Source of the DNA: Halogeometricum borinquense DSM 11551 | GTDB lineage: Archaea > Halobacteriota > Halobacteria > Halobacteriales > Haloferacaceae | NCBI RefSeq assembly: GCF_000172995.2 | Contig: NC_014732.1 | Location: 60,001 to 92,000 of the forward strand | DNA length: 32,000 bases | Reading direction: 5' to 3' | Shown here: positions 24,406 through 32,000 of the stretch, one piece after another | Position numbering within the stretch: position 1 is the first letter of the stretch | Layout: every line of letters begins with the position of its first letter | Program-made: the position numbers and the translations under genes | Notes under the pieces: generated by a model | The model's input: the letters and a program-made list of their open reading frames with translations, nothing else | Database searches by the model: none | What the model was told of the DNA's origin: nothing

Positions 24406-26736
24406 TCAGTCGCGGCGGATTGTGAGGAGTGCCGCGGCGAGGAGTGCCACGATTGCAACGACGACACCGAACCCGGGCGTTCCGGTTTCCGTTTCGGTTT
24501 CGGTGACCGTCTCGGTTTCCGTTTCAGTCTCGGTGACTGTCTCAGTTTCCGTTTCGGTGCCGGTGGTTGTCTCGGTTTCCGTTTCGGTCTCGGTGACTGT
24601 CTCAGTTTCCGTTTCGGTCATATTGCCGACTTCGGCGACGTTTCCATCGACGGTGACGGAGTCGGCCGCACCGCCGCGGACGGTCACGTCGAACGTGTCA
24701 CCCACTTCCTGCTCGCTAAAGTCGAACATACCTTGGTAGGTGCCGTTTTCGGTGACGTAGACGGTCGCCGTCTTCAGGAAACTCGGCTGTGTGTCGCCCG
24801 TCGAACGGACGCGCAGACTGAGTTCCGTCCCGGGTGCGACTGTCGTCTCGCCCGCTATCGTCTGGTCGGCTACGGCTGAGACGTTTACCGGTTCGTCCAG
24901 TGAGTGCTCGGCTTCGACGATAGCGTACCCGTCTTCGACGGTTTGTTCTTCGTCAGCGAGGTTCCCCTCGTCTTCGTAGACCGTGAAGTTCGCCGTCAGT
25001 TCGTGGTCGGCGCTGAGGTCAACTGTCTGACCGCCCGGGCGCTGACCGATCACGTCGTCCGTGTCGAACGCGACGAAGTAGTTGTCGTTCACCGGGTCGG
25101 GGATGACGACGGTGTTCGAGGCGTCGAGTTGGAGTACGAACGGCTGACGGTTCGCACCGGGGTTCGACTGCTCGACGGTCAGTTCGTACAGGTTGCCGTT
25201 CGGTGCGAAGAACGCCGCAGTGTCGTTCCCGCTTTGCACATCGAGTACGCCTTCCAGACCGGATGCGTTCAACTGATGGATGACGATGTCACCATCAGCG
25301 ATGGTGTCGGATCTGGTGACGTTTGCATTTTCGATGGCCTCATACACATCGTCGCTGTCGTCGAGCGTCGTGCCCGTCGGTGCAGTCCAACTGGCGAGCG
25401 AGTCGGTACTCCGCTCTTCGAGGATCAGCGTCCCAACGCCTTGTGCGTCGGCGGCGGCGTCACTCCCGGTACGAACTTCGAGGTCGTACTCGCCGGCGTC
25501 AAGGAGCGAACTGACCGTATTCTGCGGATCAATATCACTTGTGACGAGTTCGTCGTCGCTGTCGGCGACTTCGAACACGTCACCGCTGACGCCGCTCGTG
25601 GCAGCGTAGGTGTTGAACAGTACGGACACTTCCCCGTCGCCGGAGTCGTCTTGAACTGTGACGTTGGCACGGAAGCCGACATCGTCGCTGCCGACAGTCA
25701 ACGTCGCTTCGTCAGCGTTCGCGATACTGACAGTGATGTTTGCGATGTCGCCGCGCTGTTGATTGACGATTCTGTCCTTGATACTTGCCCGACCTTCACC
25801 GGCTGTCGAAACGATGATGGTACTCGATTCAGTGACGACGCCGGATCCGAGATCGGTCACTTCGACAGTGTACTCGCCGGTCTCGACGGGACCGAGCGAG
25901 AACTCGTACTCGCCTTGCCCGCTCAGGTCGGCCGTGACTGATTCACCGCTGACGGCGTCGCCGTCGCTGTCGAGGAGTTCGACTTTCACACCGCGGTCAC
26001 CGGCGTTCGCGGTGACGGTACCCTCGATGCTTTCCTCGTCCGTGACGCTCGTTTCGTCGAGGTCGACGTCGAGTCCGAGTTCGCGGAGTTCGATAGTCGC
26101 TTCGTTACTTCCATCGAAGGTGACGGCATAGCTACCGATTCTGCGGTTCTCGGTGTTGAACGTGTAGACGCGACTGTTCGTCCCGGTGGAACCCGAGGCG
26201 AAGAAGTCTTCCGTCTCGTCGTCGGTGCCGCTGACTTCGATGTCAGTATTGACCGATGCCGCTTCGACGGCGACGATAGAGCCCTTGTAGGCGTTCACGT
26301 CTCCGTTCGGACCGACAGTGGTCGCCGCGAACGCGACATCTTTTCGACCGCTGTTCGAGAGGTCGTTGTTCGACGTATCTTCGATGTCGTCCGAGAGCCG
26401 GACTTCGATATCGTGTGACTGTACGACTTCGTTCATCTCGATAACGACGCGGCCCGCGTCGGGTTGAGTGATGTCGCTGACTTGGCCCGACAGATCTTCG
26501 TCGTCGTCGAAGACGGTGAAGTTGGCCGTCGTCAGGCTGTTGCTGTTCACCTCCGTGTCGAAGGGTACCTCGATAACAGCAGTGTCGCTGCTGTTGACGT
26601 AGTGTACGGCACCGCCGTCGTAACTGAATGTTGTCTGTGCCGCACTCGCCCCCGCGAACGCGACGGTCCCGGCGAATACCGAGAGGACCATCAGCGCAGA
26701 GAGAGCGATTGCCCGTGTTTTGTACGTGTGACTCAT
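24406..26736 (-). CDS. S-layer-like cell surface glycoprotein with PGF-CTERM
   Basis: The likely start is the ATG at 26736 (MSHTYKTRAIALSALMVLSVFAGTVAFAGASAAQ signal peptide). It is a long acidic beta-rich ectodomain with many N-x-S/T sequons, a (TETE/TV)n linker, and then GTPGFGVVVAIVALLAAALLTIRRD. Confidence 0.92.
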   Translation of the reverse strand: MSHTYKTRAIALSALMVLSVFAGTVAFAGASAAQTTFSYDGGAVHYVNSSDTAVIEVPFDTEVNSNSLTTANFTVFDDDEDLSGQVSDITQPDAGRVVIEMNEVVQSHDIEVRLSDDIEDTSNNDLSNSGRKDVAFAATTVGPNGDVNAYKGSIVAVEAASVNTDIEVSGTDDETEDFFASGSTGTNSRVYTFNTENRRIGSYAVTFDGSNEATIELRELGLDVDLDETSVTDEESIEGTVTANAGDRGVKVELLDSDGDAVSGESVTADLSGQGEYEFSLGPVETGEYTVEVTDLGSGVVTESSTIIVSTAGEGRASIKDRIVNQQRGDIANITVSIANADEATLTVGSDDVGFRANVTVQDDSGDGEVSVLFNTYAATSGVSGDVFEVADSDDELVTSDIDPQNTVSSLLDAGEYDLEVRTGSDAAADAQGVGTLILEERSTDSLASWTAPTGTTLDDSDDVYEAIENANVTRSDTIADGDIVIHQLNASGLEGVLDVQSGNDTAAFFAPNGNLYELTVEQSNPGANRQPFVLQLDASNTVVIPDPVNDNYFVAFDTDDVIGQRPGGQTVDLSADHELTANFTVYEDEGNLADEEQTVEDGYAIVEAEHSLDEPVNVSAVADQTIAGETTVAPGTELSLRVRSTGDTQPSFLKTATVYVTENGTYQGMFDFSEQEVGDTFDVTVRGGAADSVTVDGNVAEVGNMTETETETVTETETETETTTGTETETETVTETETETETVTETETETGTPGFGVVVAIVALLAAALLTIRRD
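24485..24619 (-). repeat. 30-bp-period coding tandem repeat (~4.5 copies) encoding the Thr/Glu linker
   Basis: GTTTCC recurs at 24485, 24515, 24545, 24575 and 24605. The repeat encodes TETETVTETE units just upstream of the PGF-CTERM signal. Confidence 0.9.
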
Positions 26737-27063
26737 GGTTTCTACTACTCCTCGTAACCCAGTCAGAACGGCCACCGATATCCCCAATGGATTAGCGTGT
26801 TACAGGCCGGTCGGACTGGTTTCTAGTGAGGATGTACTGACTCGTGAGACTGGTGAGAGTAAGTACTTTGTGTTAGTTTCGACTATTAACTATGTGATAA
26901 TATTGCTCTCTGTTTCTCTCTGTACGTAATTCGGGATTTTTGCTTTGACTCCCTGGTTGTCCTTACTGTTGGTCGCGCACCTGTGATTGGACCACTTCTC
27001 CCGCGAGACGATATCGAAGGCACCGTTCGGATGCGACCGACTTCTTCCTCGCGGGAAGATATC

Positions 27064-27564
27064 TCACCGTTTGGTCCGCCCCGCAAAGACACGCCGCTGC
27101 ACGGTCTGTACTCGGTCGATGGCTGTCCATCCGCGGCGGAGGACAGTACGGAGAATTCTTCCGGCGATGTAAAGTGCGAGAAACGACCCAACAGATGCGG
27201 CGACGATAGCTGGAACCTCAACTGGTGTCTGCGTGTAGACGATGGTGGCGGGTGTTGTCGGATAGAGGAGTGTTCGCCCTGCAAGTGCGATACCGCCGAA
27301 TGCGACGGTGGCGACGAGTAACTGCCTTCCGGTCCGCACGACTAGCGACTGGCCGAGTCTGAACGGTGCCGTAACGGCGCACGTCGCACCGAACACCGTT
27401 GCGCCGAACACGATTATGCCCGCTATCCAATTCGTCGGCGGGATGTCTGCGAGAGCGATACTGCTCAACGCCGCGGTCCACCATCCGAGACCCAGCACGA
27501 CCATTCTTCCATCCCGGTATTGCACGAGTTCCCACGCTCGCGTCTCGTTTTCTCTCGTACGCAT
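27064..27564 (-). CDS. multi-pass membrane protein, unknown family
   Basis: 166 aa with about four hydrophobic helices and a basic C-terminal tail. The start is an ATG at 27564. Confidence 0.55.
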   Translation of the reverse strand: MRTRENETRAWELVQYRDGRMVVLGLGWWTAALSSIALADIPPTNWIAGIIVFGATVFGATCAVTAPFRLGQSLVVRTGRQLLVATVAFGGIALAGRTLLYPTTPATIVYTQTPVEVPAIVAASVGSFLALYIAGRILRTVLRRGWTAIDRVQTVQRRVFAGRTKR

Positions 27565-27571
27565 ACTGTTG

Positions 27572-27596
27572 ATATATTAACGGGAAATTAATATAT
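27572..27596. promoter_or_regulatory. perfect 9-bp AT-only inverted repeat in a divergent promoter region
   Basis: ATATATTAA-cgggaaa-TTAATATAT, between the divergent genes at 27564(-) and 27700(+). Confidence 0.5.
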
Positions 27597-27699
27597 GTTG
27601 TCCCATGTTCACATACAACATTCAGGGTACCGCTTCGGTCATGATATTGTCGAACCGAGGAAGCTAAACCGCCCACCGTACTCTCTTCGGAAGAAAGCG

Positions 27700-28281
27700 A
27701 TGCGCGAGGATGAACTGGCGACGGCGGTGGTCGAACACTTCGAGACGGCGTTCGAAGACAGTGAGGTTCGACTCGAAGAGCCATACGACCATTACGGCAA
27801 CCGCGGGTCCGTAGATGTGTACGCGCGCACGCGAGATCCCGAGCGCGTTGATTATCTCGTCGAACTCAAGGCGGACCCGGCCGTCAGAATCGCCTCGGGT
27901 GCGAACGAGATTCTGCGTCAGTATCGCCGTATGGAGCGCTACTTCTACAAAGACGACGAGCACGTGATTCGCCGGAAACTCGCCCGAGACGGGCCGGGTG
28001 TTCACTTTCTTCTCCTCTTCGCGCCGACGGTGGCGTGCGTCGAACACGTCGGTGAACACCGCAAACTGTACGAATCGGTCACAACTGACACGAGCGTGAA
28101 CGGCATCCCTGCGGTACGGAAAGTGGCCTTCCTCACGAATCTCGACCGCGCTAATGACGGTAAACTCGGCTTCCTCTCGGTCAACGGTGACGTGCCGTTC
28201 GACTCGGTGTTATTCCACCAGTCTATTCCTTCAGGATCACAACTTCAAGCGGCGATGAACGACGCCGACTTGAGTGAGTGA
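27700..28281 (+). CDS. PD-(D/E)xK nuclease-fold-like protein (inferred)
   Basis: 193 aa from the ATG at 27700 (MREDELATAVVEHFE...). The order of acidic helix, GSVDVYA and DYLVELK fits the E...D...ExK pattern of restriction-endonuclease-fold proteins. The track's 27595 start adds a basic, implausible 35 aa and overlaps the palindrome. Confidence 0.55.
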   Translation: MREDELATAVVEHFETAFEDSEVRLEEPYDHYGNRGSVDVYARTRDPERVDYLVELKADPAVRIASGANEILRQYRRMERYFYKDDEHVIRRKLARDGPGVHFLLLFAPTVACVEHVGEHRKLYESVTTDTSVNGIPAVRKVAFLTNLDRANDGKLGFLSVNGDVPFDSVLFHQSIPSGSQLQAAMNDADLSE

Positions 28282-28470
28282 CAAGATAACTATACGACGG
28301 AGTAGCGGTTCCAACATTCGCTTAGTGATACGCTGGCCTTCGAACCTCCGTATACCGAATAGCGATATATGAGCCGATGAAAGGTGCCGTTGTACTGTTT
28401 CGGAGGCCGAACTATTCGTATATTCGAGAAAAGACCCACATTCAACACATATCGAACCCCGTCCTGTTGG

Positions 28471-29364
28471 TTATGAAAGATGCTGGAGCAGTGCTTCGGT
28501 TACTTCTTCACGCTCGTGGTGTACCCAGTGTGAAGCATCAGGAAACATCCGTAGCTGACCGTTTTCACAGTAGTCGATACTCTTTTGTGCCATTGCGGGG
28601 ACGAGTGCGATGTCGTCTTCACCCCAACAAATCAGTGTCGGCTGAGTAACGGTGTTGCGTGCTGGGCGTTCCGAACGACGGAATCCACGATACCAGTTTA
28701 TCCGTGGACCAACGCCGGTGTGCCGCCAGGCCGCCCGGTAGCGATGGATTGTTTCCTCGTCGAACGTTCCTTGATTTGAAGTCACTTCAAGCGATGCAAC
28801 CATATTCTCCATCTCGTTTCGACTCAACATCCACTCGGGTAGTTTCGGTACCTGATAGAACCAGACGTACCAGCTCCGGACAATTTGTCGGAGACTCGCT
28901 CGTAAGGTATCTCGGTACACTGTCGGATGTGGGACGTTTAAGATTCCGAGTCGGTTGACGACAGATGGCTGACGGAGTGCGAGGTTCCAAGCGACGTATG
29001 CACCGAAATCGTGTCCGACAACGTGTGCCGATTCCCGTCCCTCATCGTGAATCAACTCACGTATGTCGTCACATAAATTCGGTGTCCGATAGGGATCGAT
29101 TCCGGTTGGAGCTTCGCTCAGATTGCAGCCCCGCTGGTCCGGTACGACCACACGGAAGCCGGCTTCGACGAGCGAAATAATCTGGGCGCGCCAGCCGTAC
29201 CAGAAATCGGGATGCCCATGCAGTAAGACGACCAGCGGAGCGTCGGTTTCGCCCGCTGCCACGACGTGTAACTGGACGCCGTTAACGTTGCGATAGGTAG
29301 ATTCGACACGGTGATCAGCAAGTAACGATGCATCGGTGTCCGGGAATGTTTTTGTATCTGTCAT
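28471..29364 (-). CDS. alpha/beta hydrolase, epoxide-hydrolase / haloalkane-dehalogenase-like
   Basis: 297 aa. It has HGHPDFWYGWRAQI (HGxP oxyanion motif), the VVGHDFGAYVAW nucleophile elbow with Asp, and a C-terminal DASHWVHHE catalytic His. Confidence 0.9.
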   Translation of the reverse strand: MTDTKTFPDTDASLLADHRVESTYRNVNGVQLHVVAAGETDAPLVVLLHGHPDFWYGWRAQIISLVEAGFRVVVPDQRGCNLSEAPTGIDPYRTPNLCDDIRELIHDEGRESAHVVGHDFGAYVAWNLALRQPSVVNRLGILNVPHPTVYRDTLRASLRQIVRSWYVWFYQVPKLPEWMLSRNEMENMVASLEVTSNQGTFDEETIHRYRAAWRHTGVGPRINWYRGFRRSERPARNTVTQPTLICWGEDDIALVPAMAQKSIDYCENGQLRMFPDASHWVHHEREEVTEALLQHLS

Positions 29365-29593
29365 CAGTATTGACTTGAAACTCCAACCGGATTCTGTACC
29401 TGTACCACAGTCATGGGAATTTTAAATCAGAGTAAGTAAAAAGAAACGACGGAGCTGAATATCGTTACTGCCGCAGTCATAGGGCTATTTTTAAACTATA
29501 CTTCCTCTTTCGGGGACAAACGAGTAGTCTGATAAACAAGTATTCTGATGACACTTATAGAACCGAACTGATGGGAGCGTTCGCAACGTAACG

Positions 29594-30448
29594 ATGGTAT
29601 TTAGGGACGAATTCGAGACCACGGAACCGACGCACAAACTCGTCACGAGAAATCTCCCCGATGTCAAGGACTGGGACGAGGTCGGATGGATCAGCGTCGA
29701 AAATCGGGCACTGACCGTATTCATGAACTATGGGGCCGCCGTTCAGTTCCAACTTGATCCCAAACACGGATAGTTCGAGACCGCTCAGCGGGAACTAACC
29801 CGTGTTTTAGAACCAAATTGTCTGTTCGCTGGCTCAGAAGAGGAGTATCGAGCAACACTCCCCGACGACCGTGAGCTCGTCCAGTCGATTTTGGCTGTAA
29901 CTACTGGTGACACTGACGAACCAATCGACAGAACGTTTTATCTCGATGCGTTTGCGGTGGTAACTGAACAATCGTGGGTCTATCGGTCGGTTCCACACCA
30001 CTTTCACATTCGAGAGATCAACGCCACGGGACATGCGGGACTACTGGAGGAGTTGCGCGAGTCGCTGGCGGACGTTCGGGGTTCGACCGTGGTTCCATTC
30101 GGGGGGCTCATCTCGTGGGAGGCTGACAGCACGCAGTACGAACTGGTGTGGGATGCACTGCGCCAGTCTGACGGCGGTGAGGGGTACGTCTCGTATGATT
30201 TGGAGCGTCTGAAGCACGTTGCTATGCACCCACAAGAACACTCACTTGTTTTCGAGTGGGAATCGGCGTCTGAGGAGCCGCTCCTTCGTCGCGCCTTCTG
30301 GCGGTTCTTCGATCCTGAAACGGCAACCCCACCACGCCGTATTGTCGTTCCTGACAGACAGCGGAGGAGAGAAGTACTTTCTGCGTTCCGCCGACTCCGT
30401 CGCGACCTTGACTATCAATACACGGTCGAAGCCGACTCGACTGAGTAG
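29594..30448 (+). pseudogene. unknown-function ORF interrupted by a single in-frame TAG (29771-29773)
   Basis: The ATG at 29594 opens 59 codons (MVFRDEFETTEPTHKLV...QLDPKHG) ending at TAG. The same frame stays open through 39 sense codons with no ATG/GTG start and runs into the 185-aa track ORF (TTG 29891..30448). Confidence 0.5.
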
Positions 30449-30509
30449 GGTCTTGAAGCCTCTGTCAACCGATCACGAAGAACCTGAAGCGCCGAAATCC
30501 GACTGAAAA

Positions 30510-30914
30510 CTAATCGTGTTCCGTGAACGGGATGTCCCGCGTTGAGAGGATGATTTCAGCGACCTCTTCGGGGTGTTCCGCGGCGACACGAACAAGGGCA
30601 TCGTGGAACTCGCGGCCGGTCAAATCGCGTACGTCGTGTTCGCGGCGAAGCACTGACTCTACCTCGAACTCCGCGTCGTCCATCACCGATAGCGTCTCCG
30701 GGCGGACGTAGACGCTCTTGGCTGTCGTGTCCTCGAATTCGAACGCCGGGCCAGACGATGATGACATCTGTTCGTCCGCATCGCTTGTTGCGGTATTTTC
30801 TGTGGCGTCCTTCTCTCTATCACTGGATTCGTCCGCTGAAACCTCGACTTCTTTTTCGGGTTCCTCTTCTTCGACTACGTCGCCGAGCCCCGAGAACCGG
30901 TTTTCGTCAGGCAT
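30510..30914 (-). CDS. small acidic protein translationally coupled to parA (candidate ParA partner / centromere-binding adaptor)
   Basis: 134 aa from the ATG at 30914 (MPDENRFSGLGDVV...). This start overlaps the parA stop by 8 nt (ATGCCTGA). It has an acidic low-complexity N-terminal half and a structured C-terminal half. No family was recognised. Confidence 0.6.
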   Translation of the reverse strand: MPDENRFSGLGDVVEEEEPEKEVEVSADESSDREKDATENTATSDADEQMSSSSGPAFEFEDTTAKSVYVRPETLSVMDDAEFEVESVLRREHDVRDLTGREFHDALVRVAAEHPEEVAEIILSTRDIPFTEHD

Positions 30915-31722
30915 CCGTGCCTCCGTTTTCGACGACTTGCGCCAGTTTGTCGAGTCGGTCGAGCATGTCGCTGTTGGGATCGTATTCTCTGAGTGTCTCA
31001 CCGTCGCGCCATGCGCGACTGAATGCGATGCGATGGCGGAGCCCCGGCCCCGGCGATTCACCGAATCGCTCGGATCGTGCAAACGACGGGAGGTACTGCT
31101 CGAATGGCGACGATTCGAGGTCGTCGATGATGCGCTTTTCCTCGTTGTTGCCGCTCAAATCGTTTGGTACGATGGCGAGAATACCGAGATCGACTTCCTT
31201 GCGGATCGGTCGAATCTGCTGTTCGACCATGCGTTCGAATCCGCTGACGCTCGGTTCGCTCATCAGAAGTGGGACGATGACGTTCCCAGCACCGATGAGC
31301 GAGGCGTCTGAGAGGGGACCGAGACTCGGCGGTGAGTCGATGACGATGTAGTCGTACTCCTCACCGAGGAGCGGTTCGATGATACGCCGTCGGACCCACA
31401 GCACGCCGAACGTGGAGTTGCGGATACGGTCTTCGATGTCGTCTAAGTCAACGTGTGCGGGGATAAGATCGAATTCACCTCGGTCGTGGATGATTTCCCG
31501 TACGTCTACGGGGTCGTCGTCGGTCAGCAGGTCACCGACGTGTGGCTCTTCGGTCTCGTAGAGGTCCTTTCGACCGACGCCCTCCGTCGCGTTCCCCTGC
31601 TGGTCGAGATCAACGAGGAGCACGTCGTTCCCCCGCGCTGCGAGAGCGTCCGCGAGGTTGATCGCGACTGTTGTCTTTCCGACGCCTCCTTTCTGCAGTG
31701 AGACGCTCACGGCGCGTGCCAT
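30907..31722 (-). CDS. parA: ParA/Soj-family partition ATPase
   Basis: 271 aa. It has the deviant Walker A QKGGVGKTTVAINLA, Walker A-prime LLVDLDQQGN and Walker B YDYIVIDSPPS. Confidence 0.93.
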   Translation of the reverse strand: MARAVSVSLQKGGVGKTTVAINLADALAARGNDVLLVDLDQQGNATEGVGRKDLYETEEPHVGDLLTDDDPVDVREIIHDRGEFDLIPAHVDLDDIEDRIRNSTFGVLWVRRRIIEPLLGEEYDYIVIDSPPSLGPLSDASLIGAGNVIVPLLMSEPSVSGFERMVEQQIRPIRKEVDLGILAIVPNDLSGNNEEKRIIDDLESSPFEQYLPSFARSERFGESPGPGLRHRIAFSRAWRDGETLREYDPNSDMLDRLDKLAQVVENGGTDA

Positions 31723-31773
31723 CTATCGACCCTCCATCTCGGACAGTGTTCGAATCGCATACATGGTAGGATG

Positions 31774-31996
31774 TGTGAAATTTGTGGAAATTGTGGACTG
31801 TGTTGGTCGTCCACGATACGACCGTACGTTCTGCGGCATCCCATATAACACCTCGTCAGACATTCGAGCCATCTTAGAGATTTCACAATTTCTAAAATGT
31901 CTGCAACATGCGCTTTAGAAACATTCTAAAATTCGCTTTCTATTCTCTCCTATCTAGTCCAACATTTCACAAATTGTGCGCTATTTTATCCCATAT
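31774..31996. promoter_or_regulatory. iterated-motif region upstream of parA (candidate operator / centromere-like site)
   Basis: TTTCACAA(A)TT-type motifs lie at 31775-31796 (two tandem copies, minus orientation), 31879-31892 and 31964-31978 (core CACAAATTGTG is palindromic). There is also an inverted repeat, TTTAGAA-aca-TTCTAAA, at 31914-31930. TTCTAAAAT occurs twice (31890, 31924) and ATCCCATAT twice (31838, 31988). Confidence 0.5.
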
Positions 31997-32000
31997 CTAA

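Noticed and set aside
24904-25941. 345-aa + strand ORF opposite the S-layer-like gene
   Set aside because: It is antisense to a gene with a signal peptide, sequons and a PGF-CTERM signal. Its composition is Val/Arg/Gly-rich with no recognisable motif.
27595-27699. Upstream ATG giving a 228-aa version of the PD-(D/E)xK-like protein
   Set aside because: The ATG lies inside the AT palindrome of the divergent promoter. The extra 35 residues are basic and His-rich, unlike the acidic remainder of the protein.
29555-29767. 70-aa minus-strand ORF (GTG start), and the 77-aa ORF at 29491-29724
   Set aside because: They overlap a + strand frame that has higher third-position GC and continues in frame, across one TAG, into the downstream 185-aa ORF. 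I favour the + strand reading but cannot fully exclude the 70-aa ORF.
30915-31082. N-terminal extension of the small acidic ORF to 190 aa, overlapping parA by 176 nt
   Set aside because: The extension is an off-frame read of the parA 3-prime end and is Ser/Thr/His/Arg-rich. The internal ATG at 30914 gives the classic 8-nt stop-start overlap.
1-32000. tRNA, rRNA or other canonical RNA genes
   Set aside because: I found no T-arm-like GGTTCGAATCC-type box with matching acceptor pairing and no rRNA-like conserved stretch in the intergenic gaps. The small hairpins at 1001-1011 and 23829-23874 are too short or irregular to call.

Overview
This window looks like a haloarchaeal (class Halobacteria) accessory replicon segment, probably a megaplasmid or minichromosome. 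The evidence is GC-rich DNA with AT-rich intergenic islands, very acidic proteins, PGF-CTERM sorting signals, and Orc1/Cdc6 and ParA genes. All family calls come from motif recognition by eye; no searches were run. Layout: (1) 0.1-10.5 kb is a glycan-biosynthesis cluster: an NTP-transferase, a phosphohexomutase, a GT4 glycosyltransferase, two sulfatase/alkaline-phosphatase-superfamily proteins (one catalytically degenerate) and a methyltransferase-like fusion protein. (2) 10.9-17.4 kb encodes cell-surface proteins: a ~1486-aa multidomain PGF-CTERM protein, a second secreted protein, and a Lys-rich two-TM protein of atypical composition. (3) 17.4-20.3 kb holds an orc1/cdc6 gene bracketed by at least 10 copies of a divergent ORB-like repeat (core CGGAC-N3-GTGG, long copies with a G-string), AT-rich candidate unwinding stretches and a T-free purine tract with 24-bp tandem repeats. 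I call this a replication origin. (4) 20.3-23.6 kb lies directly beside the origin and encodes a solo IS630-type HTH protein, an RdfA/hp24-like zinc-ribbon protein and an archaea-specific SMC-like (Sph) protein. The Sph-like protein has a deviant P-loop and a CxxC exactly at mid-length. This is the most interesting candidate system. (5) 24.4-26.7 kb encodes an S-layer-like PGF-CTERM glycoprotein. (6) 27-30.5 kb is accessory: a membrane protein, a PD-(D/E)xK-like protein, an epoxide-hydrolase-like alpha/beta hydrolase and an ORF interrupted by one in-frame TAG. (7) 30.5-32 kb is a parA operon with an overlapping small acidic partner gene and an upstream region dense in iterated motifs. I recognised no rRNA, tRNA or CRISPR array.
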